Assembly (NCBI GenBank): GCA_040373655.1
Contig: JBEICB010000002.1
Location: forward strand, 3,534 to 67,533
DNA length: 64,000 nucleotides
Origin: Pirellula sp.
Lineage (GTDB): Bacteria; Planctomycetota; Planctomycetia; Pirellulales; Pirellulaceae
Direction of reading: 5' to 3'
Position 1 is the stretch's first letter. Each line of letters opens with the position of its first letter. A program made the position numbers and the translations under genes. Under the pieces are notes generated by a model. It worked only from the letters and a program-made list of their open reading frames with translations, ran no database searches and was not told the origin of the DNA. This document shows positions 9,122 to 18,394 of this stretch, in pieces.

Positions 9122-10150
9122 ATGGCGCTAGAATCGTTCTATTCCGCGATTGACGGTATGCTTGCCGATGCGCAAGCATGCCTTCTGGGGGTCGATTCTC
9201 CCGAGGGCGTTGAGTCCATGCGGATTCAGTTCACCGGGGCTAAAAACGGCGCTTTGAAGACGATTCAAAAGTTGCTCGGAACGGTTCCTGCGGAGGACAA
9301 ACCTGCGGCTGGGAAGCGATTCAACGAGGCCCGTGAGGCGATCGAGCAGCTCCTACTCCAAGCGGCGGATCGTGCGGGCGGCAAGCCGAAAGCAGTAACC
9401 GGTCCATTGGTCGATCCGACGTTGCCGGGATTGCGGCCTCGAATGGGTGTTCTTCACCCGATCACGCAGACGCTAGAGCATCTCAAGGAGATCATGGGGC
9501 GTCTTGGGTTCAACGTGACCGAGGGTCCTGAGATCGAAGACGAGTGGCATAATTTCGTCGCTTTGAACATCCCAGAGGATCACCCCGCTCGCGATCCGCT
9601 GGATAACTTTTATCTCTCCGCTGCGAAGGCTACGGTTCCGTCCACAGGTGCGAGGCTTTTGCGGAGCCAGACATCGACGGTGCAGATTCGCGTCATGGAA
9701 TCCACGCCTTTGCCACTACGGATCATTTCTTTGGGGCGAGTTTATCGCCCAGATGCGCCCGACGCGACGCACTTTCCTATGTTCCATCAGATGGAGGGAT
9801 TGTGGGTCGACAAGAACGTTACGATGGCTCAACTCAAGAGTGTGTTGCGACTTTTTGCAACGAGTTATTTGGGTGGTGACGTCAACGTTCGCTTTCGCCC
9901 TTCGTTCTTTCCATTCACGGAGCCTAGTGTCGAAGTGGACTACTGGTGGAATGGACAGTGGATCGAGTTTGGCGGGGCTGGGATGGTCGATCCGAATGTG
10001 TTTCGGGCGGTTGGGATTGATCCAGAGGAATGGTCTGGTTTTGCCTTTGGTTTAGGTGTCGAGCGTCTCTGCATGCGTCGATTTGGAATAACCGATATTC
10101 GCGATTTGTATCGCAGCGACGTACGTTTTTTGCGTCAGTTTGCGTCTTAA
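9122..10150 (+). CDS. pheS: Phenylalanine--tRNA ligase alpha subunit
   Basis: Class II aaRS motifs: 'HPARD', '[12 protein letters not shown]', '[12 protein letters not shown]', 'GAGMVDPNV', '[11 protein letters not shown]'. Confidence 0.97.
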   Translation: MALESFYSAIDGMLADAQACLLGVDSPEGVESMRIQFTGAKNGALKTIQKLLGTVPAEDKPAAGKRFNEAREAIEQLLLQAADRAGGKPKAVTGPLVDPTLPGLRPRMGVLHPITQTLEHLKEIMGRLGFNVTEGPEIEDEWHNFVALNIPEDHPARDPLDNFYLSAAKATVPSTGARLLRSQTSTVQIRVMESTPLPLRIISLGRVYRPDAPDATHFPMFHQMEGLWVDKNVTMAQLKSVLRLFATSYLGGDVNVRFRPSFFPFTEPSVEVDYWWNGQWIEFGGAGMVDPNVFRAVGIDPEEWSGFAFGLGVERLCMRRFGITDIRDLYRSDVRFLRQFAS

Positions 10151-10195
10151 AACAGTCCGATCTTTTGCACACGGGTGCGACTGCGAGTTTGAAAC

Positions 10196-12217
10196 ATGTT
10201 GGTCTCATGGGAATGGCTGTCGGACTATGTCAAGCTGGATGCTCCGCTGGAGCAAGTGGTAGACAAGTGGGCTTTGTCGGGGCTGAACCACGAGAGCACC
10301 GAGTGGGTTGAAGGTGTCCCGGTTATTGATTTGGAAGTTACGAGCAATCGCGCAGATTGTCTTGGGCACATCGGGGTAGCGAGGGAAGCGTCGGTCTTGT
10401 TCTCTAAGCCTTTAACAATTCCACGACCTGAATTTGTGGAGGTTAGTGAAGAGGCGACTTCGATTGTATCGGTTGAGAACCAATTCGAGGAAGCTTGTTC
10501 GAGATACACAGCACGAGTGATTCGTGGGGTGAAGGTTGGACCGAGTCCAGAATGGTTTGCGAAGCGGTTGAGGAGTATTGGGGTCAAGCCGATCAATAAC
10601 GTCGTGGACGTCACAAATTATGTCATGATGGAGATCGGCCAACCGTTACACGCTTTCGATTTATCGCGAGTCTTGGGTGGGAAGATTGTCGTGCGTCGCG
10701 CAGTAGACAAAGAGACCTTTGTCGCGATTGATCATCGAACGTATGCGTTGGACAGCCAAATGGTGGTAATCGCCGATGCGAAGGGGCCGTTGGCTCTTGG
10801 TGGCGTGATGGGTGGGTTGGAAAGTGAAGTTTCCGAAAGCACGGTAGATTTGCTGATAGAAGCGGCCTCGTTTGCTCCGATGTCGATTCGTCGCGCGGCG
10901 AGGAAATTGAAATTGCATTCTCCATCGTCCTATCGATTTGAGCGTCGCATAGATCCGAATGGATTGGATTGGGCATCGCGTCGTTGTTGCCAATTGATTC
11001 AGCAATTAGCCGGTGGTGTCATACTCGAAGGTGTGGTCGATAGTAAGCAGGAAGTGGTTCGCGGAGCAGTCGTGTCGCTACGCCGGGCCCGTGTGCATCA
11101 AGTTCTCGGTATTGAGGTGCCTTGGGCGCAGTCCAAGCGTATTTTGGAGCAGCTTGGTTGCGAGGTAACGGCCGCTACAGATACAGAATTGAATTTAGTG
11201 GCACCGACTTATCGACAGGATTTAACTCGCGAAGCGGATTTGATTGAGGAGATCGTTCGAGTCGTCGGCTACGATGCGATTCCCGAGGACGCGATGGTAC
11301 CGATGGTTTCTTCGGCGCGGCGGCCTAAGGACATCATGATGGGAACGCTCCGTGCGGTGGCTTGTGCTTCGGGGTTTGATGAGACTCTCAATCCGAGTTT
11401 GATCGGTAAAGGAGCTACGGACCGCATATCTCCTTGGTGTGCACAAGATCCATTAGCAACATCGGTGCCTTTGCTCGAAGGTGCGGCGGTACTGCGTCGC
11501 TCGCTCGTACCTAGTTTGATTGCCGCGAGGTTACACAATCAATCTCAATCCATTCGAGACGTGCGGTTATTTGAGACAGCTAACGTCTATCTCCCGCAAG
11601 GAGAGGGGCTACCGAAGGAACAGCTAAATTTTGGATGCATAGCAGAGAGTGATCCAAGAATAATTCGTGGAGTTTTCGAAGAGTGTCTTGGGCGGATTTG
11701 GGGTAGTGGTGTTGAGGCGATCGAAGAGCGAGTTGTCGAGTTTGACTTTATGGAGCGGGGAACCGGGATCGCTTGGTACGTCGATGGAGTGATGTTGGCT
11801 TGGGTTGGTAGTCTTTCGAAGGCCCTTGCGCAGAGCAGCAAGATCGAAGGTGCTGTTGCGATAGGAGAGTTGGATTTGGACATGTTGTTGTCTAGGGCAG
11901 TTTTGGTACCTCGACTACGTGTCTTGAGTCCATACCCAGCGATCTTGCGAGATTTGAATTTCATCGTAGACGAGGGGGTGCAGTGGCAGGGATTGCGGAG
12001 GACCATTGAGGTTGCGGCAGGAAAGCTATGCAAAGAAGTAGTGTTTCGAGAGATCTACCGAGACACAAAGAAGGACGGTGCTGGCAAGAAGCGGATTTTG
12101 TTGACGTTAACGATTCAGAGTGATGAGGAAACGTTGCGTAGCGAGCAAGCGGATGCGTTGGTTGCCAGCGTCATTACAGCTTGTCAGGGAGAGCATGCCG
12201 CGCAGTTGTTGTCATGA
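10196..12217 (+). CDS. pheT: Phenylalanine--tRNA ligase beta subunit (short form without the N-terminal OB-fold tRNA-binding domain)
   Basis: 'LEVTSNRADCLGHIGVAREA', B3/4 'PINNVVDVTNYVMMEIGQPLHAFD', 'GVMGG'. Lies immediately downstream of pheS. Confidence 0.95.
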   Translation: MLVSWEWLSDYVKLDAPLEQVVDKWALSGLNHESTEWVEGVPVIDLEVTSNRADCLGHIGVAREASVLFSKPLTIPRPEFVEVSEEATSIVSVENQFEEACSRYTARVIRGVKVGPSPEWFAKRLRSIGVKPINNVVDVTNYVMMEIGQPLHAFDLSRVLGGKIVVRRAVDKETFVAIDHRTYALDSQMVVIADAKGPLALGGVMGGLESEVSESTVDLLIEAASFAPMSIRRAARKLKLHSPSSYRFERRIDPNGLDWASRRCCQLIQQLAGGVILEGVVDSKQEVVRGAVVSLRRARVHQVLGIEVPWAQSKRILEQLGCEVTAATDTELNLVAPTYRQDLTREADLIEEIVRVVGYDAIPEDAMVPMVSSARRPKDIMMGTLRAVACASGFDETLNPSLIGKGATDRISPWCAQDPLATSVPLLEGAAVLRRSLVPSLIAARLHNQSQSIRDVRLFETANVYLPQGEGLPKEQLNFGCIAESDPRIIRGVFEECLGRIWGSGVEAIEERVVEFDFMERGTGIAWYVDGVMLAWVGSLSKALAQSSKIEGAVAIGELDLDMLLSRAVLVPRLRVLSPYPAILRDLNFIVDEGVQWQGLRRTIEVAAGKLCKEVVFREIYRDTKKDGAGKKRILLTLTIQSDEETLRSEQADALVASVITACQGEHAAQLLS

Positions 12218-12478
12218 GAAACTCTCGGGGAAGTGTTTTTTATTGGCGTGATTCAGGATTCTCTGTGACCCGAAAAGGGGGACAATGACTCTTGCTGTCT
12301 CGGAGTCAATCAAGGGACGCAATCAGAGGGTGAGCGGTAAATATTCCGTGAAATTCTCGTTTCTAAGGGTTTAGTTGCGTGGCTGCTGGGCGTTAAAGGT
12401 ACGCAAGTTGATGTTAGTGCGGGTAGACTATATCTCAGGCGTTTGTGCATCTCGGTGGTTCGGGGGGTATGGTTACAG

Positions 12479-14317
12479 ATGGGAGTTGGACTTTTTTCGT
12501 TGAGGGTGCTCGGATGGCCTTTGGTTTTGATGACCTTTGGCATTCTGACATCGCTTGGGATAAACCGTTTGCGAGAGTATTGGTGGTTCGAGCAGCAAGC
12601 CAGTGAGATCACTCGCGAAACCCATCTGCTTTGTCGCACTCTATCGGTTGCCTCGAACAGAACTGCTTGGATGGATTTTGTGAAGAGTTTTCGCAAAATG
12701 CATTTGGGGGACGTAGAGATAATTTCTAGCGATCGTTTGGGGGAGGGAGAACGCAAGGGTTTTGTGTTATCTCCGATAGAGTGGATTTCGGAACCGGAGC
12801 GTTTTTTTAGGCTTCGATGTCGCCAACCGATTGAAAAATCAGATAGTGATTTATCGAACACAGACCAAGCATTGTTGGACTGGATGGTGGTAACGCGACG
12901 TGTTCAACAACCGCGATATGGGACGAAAAGGCAGACGTTTCTCTTCGCTGGGTTGGGGTTGTTGCTCGGAAGTATTGGAGTACTTTGGCGATACAGAATC
13001 GACTCCAAGATCGACATGATCTCGAACACCCTGAGCGATATTCGTGCAAAGAGTCAAAAACCGATCCCGCGCCCAGAGTTCTTAGGGATGTTTCCGGATG
13101 CGATGCGAGGAGATCGTCTAGGTCGAGAGATGATAGCGCTTTGTGACACGTTGCATCAGAATGCGTTTAGTTTCAAGAGTGAGGGGGAGCCATCCGATGC
13201 GATCTTGGCAGCGATGCCGGTGGGTATTCTAGCTTTCGGATCGGATCTGCGATTGAGTTTTGCAAATCGTGCTGCGGTGCGATTGCTGAATCTCGGGGAG
13301 AGCATTCAGGAGCACATCTCGTTGATTGAGCTGATTCGCCAACCAAAGATTCTATCGTTGGTGCAGGACGTCCGCAGTGGTGGTGTATCGTTGGAGTGTG
13401 AGCTAGAGACCAGCGATTCGTATGGCGCGACGGTGACTCTGAAGATCCGTGGGCATGCGATAGCATCGGAGGCGAATGGGGTCGGTGAGGGTGGTCCTAG
13501 TCGCAAAGGTCTCGGGGGGGGGCGTTCGAACGCTGAAGCTGTTGGGCAGAATCCTCCTGCAGTTTTGTTAGTGATCAGTGATGAGACTCGGCTCAAGCAG
13601 TTGGAGAACTATCGGCGTGACTTTACGGCGAACGTGTCTCATGAGTTAAAGACACCGTTGTCGGCCATTAAGGCGTATTCCGAAACGTTGTTAATGGGTG
13701 CTTTGGACGATCCTGATGCACGCATTAGGTTTGTCACGAGCATAGGAGAACAAGCGAATCGGCTTGAGCAATTGATACGTGGATTGATGCAATTGAGTCG
13801 GATTCAATCGATGCCTGAGAAACTCGAGCTTGCAGAAATCCATCTTGCAGACATTGTGCGATCTGTGATTCGAGAGCAGTCGACGGTGGCTGAATCGAAT
13901 CAAATTACCATTGTCAATCATTTGGCGTCTGACGAGTTGCTTGAACTCGACCCGGTGGTACTGGCGGAGCATGATGCTCTTAGAACGGTCTTTGGTAATC
14001 TCTTGAGCAATGCGATCCGATACAGCAAGAAGGGCGGTCGGGTGGAGATTGGAATTGAAGTCTTGGAGAGTCGCATTGATTTGTTGGTGATCGATCACGG
14101 AATAGGAATCCCGGCGGAAGACATCAATCGAATTTTCGAGCGTTTTTATACTGTCGATAAAGCTCGTTCTAGGGAATCGGGAGGGACTGGGTTAGGGCTT
14201 GCCATTGTCAAGCATTTGACCCATGCGATTGGAGCAGGGATACGGGTCAGTAGTACACTGGGGACTGGCAGTACGTTCCGCGTCTCATTGCAACGACCTG
14301 AAAACAAAAAGTCCTAG
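12479..14317 (+). CDS. Sensor histidine kinase (2 TM + PAS-like + HisKA + HATPase_c), PhoR-like architecture
   Basis: H-box 'FTANVSHELKTPLSAI', N-box 'LLSNAIRYS', G-boxes 'DHGIGIP' and 'GGTGLGLAIVK'. The ORF-track start at 12443 is TTG; the first ATG is at 12479. Confidence 0.85.
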   Translation: MGVGLFSLRVLGWPLVLMTFGILTSLGINRLREYWWFEQQASEITRETHLLCRTLSVASNRTAWMDFVKSFRKMHLGDVEIISSDRLGEGERKGFVLSPIEWISEPERFFRLRCRQPIEKSDSDLSNTDQALLDWMVVTRRVQQPRYGTKRQTFLFAGLGLLLGSIGVLWRYRIDSKIDMISNTLSDIRAKSQKPIPRPEFLGMFPDAMRGDRLGREMIALCDTLHQNAFSFKSEGEPSDAILAAMPVGILAFGSDLRLSFANRAAVRLLNLGESIQEHISLIELIRQPKILSLVQDVRSGGVSLECELETSDSYGATVTLKIRGHAIASEANGVGEGGPSRKGLGGGRSNAEAVGQNPPAVLLVISDETRLKQLENYRRDFTANVSHELKTPLSAIKAYSETLLMGALDDPDARIRFVTSIGEQANRLEQLIRGLMQLSRIQSMPEKLELAEIHLADIVRSVIREQSTVAESNQITIVNHLASDELLELDPVVLAEHDALRTVFGNLLSNAIRYSKKGGRVEIGIEVLESRIDLLVIDHGIGIPAEDINRIFERFYTVDKARSRESGGTGLGLAIVKHLTHAIGAGIRVSSTLGTGSTFRVSLQRPENKKS

Positions 14318-14437
14318 GTACGGCAGCGGGTTCGGTTTGGGTACGGATTCTCGGCAATTCCCAATGCATTTTGGTAGACTGTGGGTATATCAATTCAAAA
14401 ACTGTTGGTGTGATGGGTAAGGAGTGGAGAGGGCATC

Positions 14438-15760
14438 GTGGAATCAAAATCGAAAGTAAAAGCTCGCAAGGGACACAATATTCAGCGTCGCAATTTTCTC
14501 GGGAGTTCGGCTTTTATAGCTGGTGGCTATTTCATCGCTAGTTCCAGTGGTAGACCTTTGTGGGCAAAAAGTCCGAACGATCGTCCAAGAGTGGGGGCGA
14601 TTGGTTTGCGCTATCAAGGAACTGTGATCGCGAACCAATCCAAGTTTTATGGTGATATCGTTGCTGTTTGTGATGTGGACAAGCACGTGCGAGAGCAAGC
14701 GAAGGCATCATTTGGAAGTACTCCGTTTGCATGCGAAGATTATCGTGAGTTGCTAGCAAGAAAAGATGTTGATGTGGTGACTATTGGAACGCCCGATCAT
14801 TGGCACACCAAAATGGTCATTGATGCTTGTAAGGCAGGTAAGGATGTTTACTGCGAGAAACCTTTGACTTTGACCGTTGATGAGGGAAAGAAATTATGTG
14901 AGGTGGTCAAGCAGACGAAGCGGGTGGTGCAGGTCGGGTCATGGCAGCGAAGCGATGAACGGTTTCGCATGGCTGCAGAACTGGTCCGTGCAGGACGGAT
15001 CGGAAAGGTAAAGTCGATTGATGTAGTCTTAGGAAAAAATGCAACCGGAGGCCCTTTTTCATCGGTTCCGGTTCCTAAGCATATTCAGTGGGATATGTGG
15101 CAGGGGCAAACGCCGGATGTTCCATACGTCGAAGAACGTTCGCATTACACGTTTCGATGGTGGTGGGAGTATTCCGGTGGTCAAATGACGGATTGGGGGG
15201 CTCATCACATCGACATTGCTCAGTGGGCCATCGGATCACTTCCCGTGAAGTTTGAAGGAAATGCTCGAATGCCAGAGGTGTCAGGGGGGTACAACGTACC
15301 GGTAGATTTTGAAGCAAAGGTGACTTACGCCAACGGGACGGTGATGACGATCCGAGACACTGGCGAGAACGGCATTTTGTTTCAGGGGGAGCGTGGGCGA
15401 ATTTTTGTGAATCGTGGTAAGTTGACTGGAACGCCTGTTGAGGAGCTGAATACTTGGCCTTTACCGAGGAGTAAATGGCAGTTGTACAAATACGATCACC
15501 CAGACAGACCGTTGATGAGCGGCAAGTTAGAGGCAATCATCAACCACATGGGGAATTTCTTTGATTGCATCGAGTCGCGTCGCGATCCCATTTCGGATGT
15601 CGTCAGTCAGCATCGCAGCGTTTCGACTTGCCATTTAGCGAACATCAGTTTGCGATTGGGGCGTAGCGTACAATGGGATCCAGAATCCGAACAGTGTGTC
15701 GGTGATAATGAAGCGAATGCGATGCTCAAGCGTGAGCAACGCATTGGCTACGAAACTTGA
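14438..15760 (+). CDS. Gfo/Idh/MocA-family oxidoreductase with twin-arginine signal
   Basis: 'RRNFLGSSAFIAGG' Tat-like N-terminus, Rossmann-like 'RVGAIGLRYQG', 'VVTIGTPDHWH', 'CEKPL'. GTG start. Confidence 0.85.
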   Translation: MESKSKVKARKGHNIQRRNFLGSSAFIAGGYFIASSSGRPLWAKSPNDRPRVGAIGLRYQGTVIANQSKFYGDIVAVCDVDKHVREQAKASFGSTPFACEDYRELLARKDVDVVTIGTPDHWHTKMVIDACKAGKDVYCEKPLTLTVDEGKKLCEVVKQTKRVVQVGSWQRSDERFRMAAELVRAGRIGKVKSIDVVLGKNATGGPFSSVPVPKHIQWDMWQGQTPDVPYVEERSHYTFRWWWEYSGGQMTDWGAHHIDIAQWAIGSLPVKFEGNARMPEVSGGYNVPVDFEAKVTYANGTVMTIRDTGENGILFQGERGRIFVNRGKLTGTPVEELNTWPLPRSKWQLYKYDHPDRPLMSGKLEAIINHMGNFFDCIESRRDPISDVVSQHRSVSTCHLANISLRLGRSVQWDPESEQCVGDNEANAMLKREQRIGYET

Positions 15761-15792
15761 TCGATCTATTGAACTCTTGTTGTTTTTATGTT

Positions 15793-16563
15793 TCAAGCGG
15801 GGATTAGGTTGGGGGTTAAGGCTCCCAACGAAGGAACGATCAAGTCTGGTTTGTAGGCGTATCTTGCGAGGTCTTCGATTCGTGTTCCGCCACTGAGCAC
15901 CAGCACCGTCTTGTACTCCAATTGAACACCGCCAAGGATATCGGTTTCCATGGTGTCGCCGACAACTACCGTTTCGTCGGTAGATAAGCCTAGTTCTTTG
16001 CGGGCAGCGCGGAGCATGATGGGGCTGGGCTTGCCTACGCTGAAGGCTTTTACACCCGATGCGGCTTCAAGCATCGCGACAATTGCGCCGCATCCTGGGC
16101 GCAAGCCGGACTGGGTGGGGCAGTTTGGATCAAGGTTCGTTGCGATCAATTTGGCTCCCCCTAGGATCATTCTCAGTGCCGTTTCGACCATCTCAAAATT
16201 GAGGTTTCGTCCTTCTCCAACCACGACGTAATCGGGATCGCGATCTACGATAGAAAATCCATTTTTGTGTAGAGCAGTGAGTAATCCCCCTTCGCCGATG
16301 ACAAAAGCAGTTCCACCTGGTTTTTGTGATGCGAGAAATCGTGCGGTAGCCATCGCACAGGTATAAACATGCTCTTCGTCGACATCGATACCGAGTCGTT
16401 CTAGTTTTTTCGCGACGTCTCGACGTGTACGTTGCGAGTTATTGGTAAGGAATAAAAATGGGGTGTTCGATTCGCGAAGTGCAGCGATGAATCGGTCTGC
16501 ACCTTCAATCAATTCATTGCCCTTGTAAACGACGCCATCCATATCGATAAGATAACCAACCAT
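15793..16563 (-). CDS. HAD-IIA family hydrolase (NagD-like sugar phosphatase)
   Basis: Motif I 'LIDMDGVVY', 'FLTNNS', 'GKP', 'VVGDTMETDILGG'. Confidence 0.85.
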   Translation of the reverse strand: MVGYLIDMDGVVYKGNELIEGADRFIAALRESNTPFLFLTNNSQRTRRDVAKKLERLGIDVDEEHVYTCAMATARFLASQKPGGTAFVIGEGGLLTALHKNGFSIVDRDPDYVVVGEGRNLNFEMVETALRMILGGAKLIATNLDPNCPTQSGLRPGCGAIVAMLEAASGVKAFSVGKPSPIMLRAARKELGLSTDETVVVGDTMETDILGGVQLEYKTVLVLSGGTRIEDLARYAYKPDLIVPSLGALTPNLIPA

Positions 16564-16922
16564 TGTCCGTAGAATCTCCCGAGTGAAACGAACTTCTGTG
16601 TCGCTGCAAGCTTTTTCCAGGGAGAGGGCCTTGCTCGCTATGCAACGAACGCAAACTTCGTGCCACTGGATCGCAGTAAGATCGGATCTCGCGAGCAGGG
16701 AGGAGAGTGATAGAGGTAGGGCGGGTTTGAACTCCGGACTGAAGTTATCGGAGGGAGAATTCCCACCACAAACGGAAAGTGGTGATTGGGCGGAATTGCG
16801 AAGAAAGAGAGATCGTTGAGAAAAATTCGCGCAATTCCTAAGCTTGGTTGCACAAGAATCAAGCGTACTGAGCAGGGTGAGCGTGCGATGATTTTCTGTG
16901 GTTTAGCTTGGATTAGCTTGGG

Positions 16923-18368
16923 TTACTTGAGGATCTCGTGAATGACATGTCCGTGGACATCGGTTAGACGACGGTCGATACCGTTATTTCGAACGACCAG
17001 GCGTGTATGGTCGATACCGAGCAAGTGAAGGATGGTTGCATGAAGGTCATAGCACCAAGTCTTATTCTCGACTGCCTGGTACCCCCAATCATCACTTTTA
17101 CCATAGGAGACACCTGATTTCACACCGGCCCCCCAAAGCCAAGAAACAAAGCTGCCTCCATTGTGGTCACGTCCAAGGCTACCTTGTGCAAAAGGAGTAC
17201 GACCAAACTCCGTGGTCCAGATCACAAGGGTATCTTGGTCGAGTCCTCGCGCCTTGAGGTCGCGCAGGAGAGCCGCGATGGGTCGGTCGACGCTCAGTGC
17301 CATTGGGGGGAGTTCCGTTTGGATGTTGCCGTGGTTGTCCCAGTTGTTGGTTGCTCCCTGGGGACCACTCCAAAGTTGAACGAAGCGTACGCCGCGTTCG
17401 ATGAGTCGACGGGCGAGTAAGCATCGGCGGCCGAAGTCTTCAGTTGGAGATTGGTCTAGTCCATAATCGTGGAGGCACTGTTGGGTTTCGTTGCTAAGGT
17501 CGAATGCTTCTGGCGCGGAAAGTTGCATTTTTGCGGCAAGTTCATAGCCTGCGATGCGCGCGTCGAGACGGCTGTCCTCGGACTGGTTTTGACCGTATTG
17601 TTCATTAAGCCACTTTAAAAGTGTTTGGCTATCCCTCTCTGATTCACCTTGGGCAAATTCATAGGAAGGGTTTGGGAAGAGATCAGGAATTGGAACCTTG
17701 GAGGTCGCATTGAGTACAAGTCCTTCGTGCACAGCTGGAAGGAATCCCGCGCTGAAGCAACCTTGTTGGTTGTAGGGTAGGCCGCGCGGATCGGGAAGCA
17801 CAACAAAGGTTGGCAGGTTTTCGGTGAGATTCCCGAGTGCGTATGAAATCCACGCACCCATGCATGGGAACCCAGGAAGGAGGAACCCGCTATTCATCAT
17901 GTAGGTGCCTGGTCCGTGAACATTCGTCTTTGTCGTCATGGCCATAAGGAATGCCATCTCATCGACTAACTTCGCTTGTTCGGGAAACATCGAGCTGACC
18001 CATCTTCCTGACTGGCCGTGCTGCGCGAATGGGAAGGGGCTCTTCATAATAGCCCCTGCGGGTGCAGTGAATCCTTCGGGTTTGTCCTTTGGGCCGAGCA
18101 TTTGCCCATGCAGTCGCTCGAGTTCTGGTTTGTAATCGTACGTGTCCATCGGGCTAGCTCCACCCGTCATGAACAACTGAATGATACGTTTAACTTTTGG
18201 TTCGTGATGAAGTTGAGTTTGGCTGGCTTTTGCCAATGCATCTGCAAGAGCGATAGCGGCGAGACCACCTCCCCCTTGTTGCAACCAGTCGCGACGAAGC
18301 AGACGCTGGCAAATTGGCAATTGTGTGTTGCGAATGCTTGGGAGTCTGGTGTTGCTTTTTGGATTCAT
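16923..18368 (-). CDS. DUF1501 domain protein (sulfatase/alkaline-phosphatase-like fold, Tat-type N-terminus)
   Basis: 'RRDWLQQGGGGLAAIALA' near the N-terminus and 'EFGRTP...GRDHNGG' near the C-terminus. Sits directly downstream of a DUF1549/DUF1553 protein, as is typical for this family. Confidence 0.88.
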   Translation of the reverse strand: MNPKSNTRLPSIRNTQLPICQRLLRRDWLQQGGGGLAAIALADALAKASQTQLHHEPKVKRIIQLFMTGGASPMDTYDYKPELERLHGQMLGPKDKPEGFTAPAGAIMKSPFPFAQHGQSGRWVSSMFPEQAKLVDEMAFLMAMTTKTNVHGPGTYMMNSGFLLPGFPCMGAWISYALGNLTENLPTFVVLPDPRGLPYNQQGCFSAGFLPAVHEGLVLNATSKVPIPDLFPNPSYEFAQGESERDSQTLLKWLNEQYGQNQSEDSRLDARIAGYELAAKMQLSAPEAFDLSNETQQCLHDYGLDQSPTEDFGRRCLLARRLIERGVRFVQLWSGPQGATNNWDNHGNIQTELPPMALSVDRPIAALLRDLKARGLDQDTLVIWTTEFGRTPFAQGSLGRDHNGGSFVSWLWGAGVKSGVSYGKSDDWGYQAVENKTWCYDLHATILHLLGIDHTRLVVRNNGIDRRLTDVHGHVIHEILK

Positions 18369-18394
18369 GATGCGTCGTGTTGAGTTGCTGTCGT

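Noticed and set aside
12310-12861. 183-aa minus-strand ORF across the pheT/histidine-kinase junction
   Set aside because: It overlaps the kinase N-terminus on the opposite strand. There are no motifs, and the sequence is rich in Ser/Arg/Pro.
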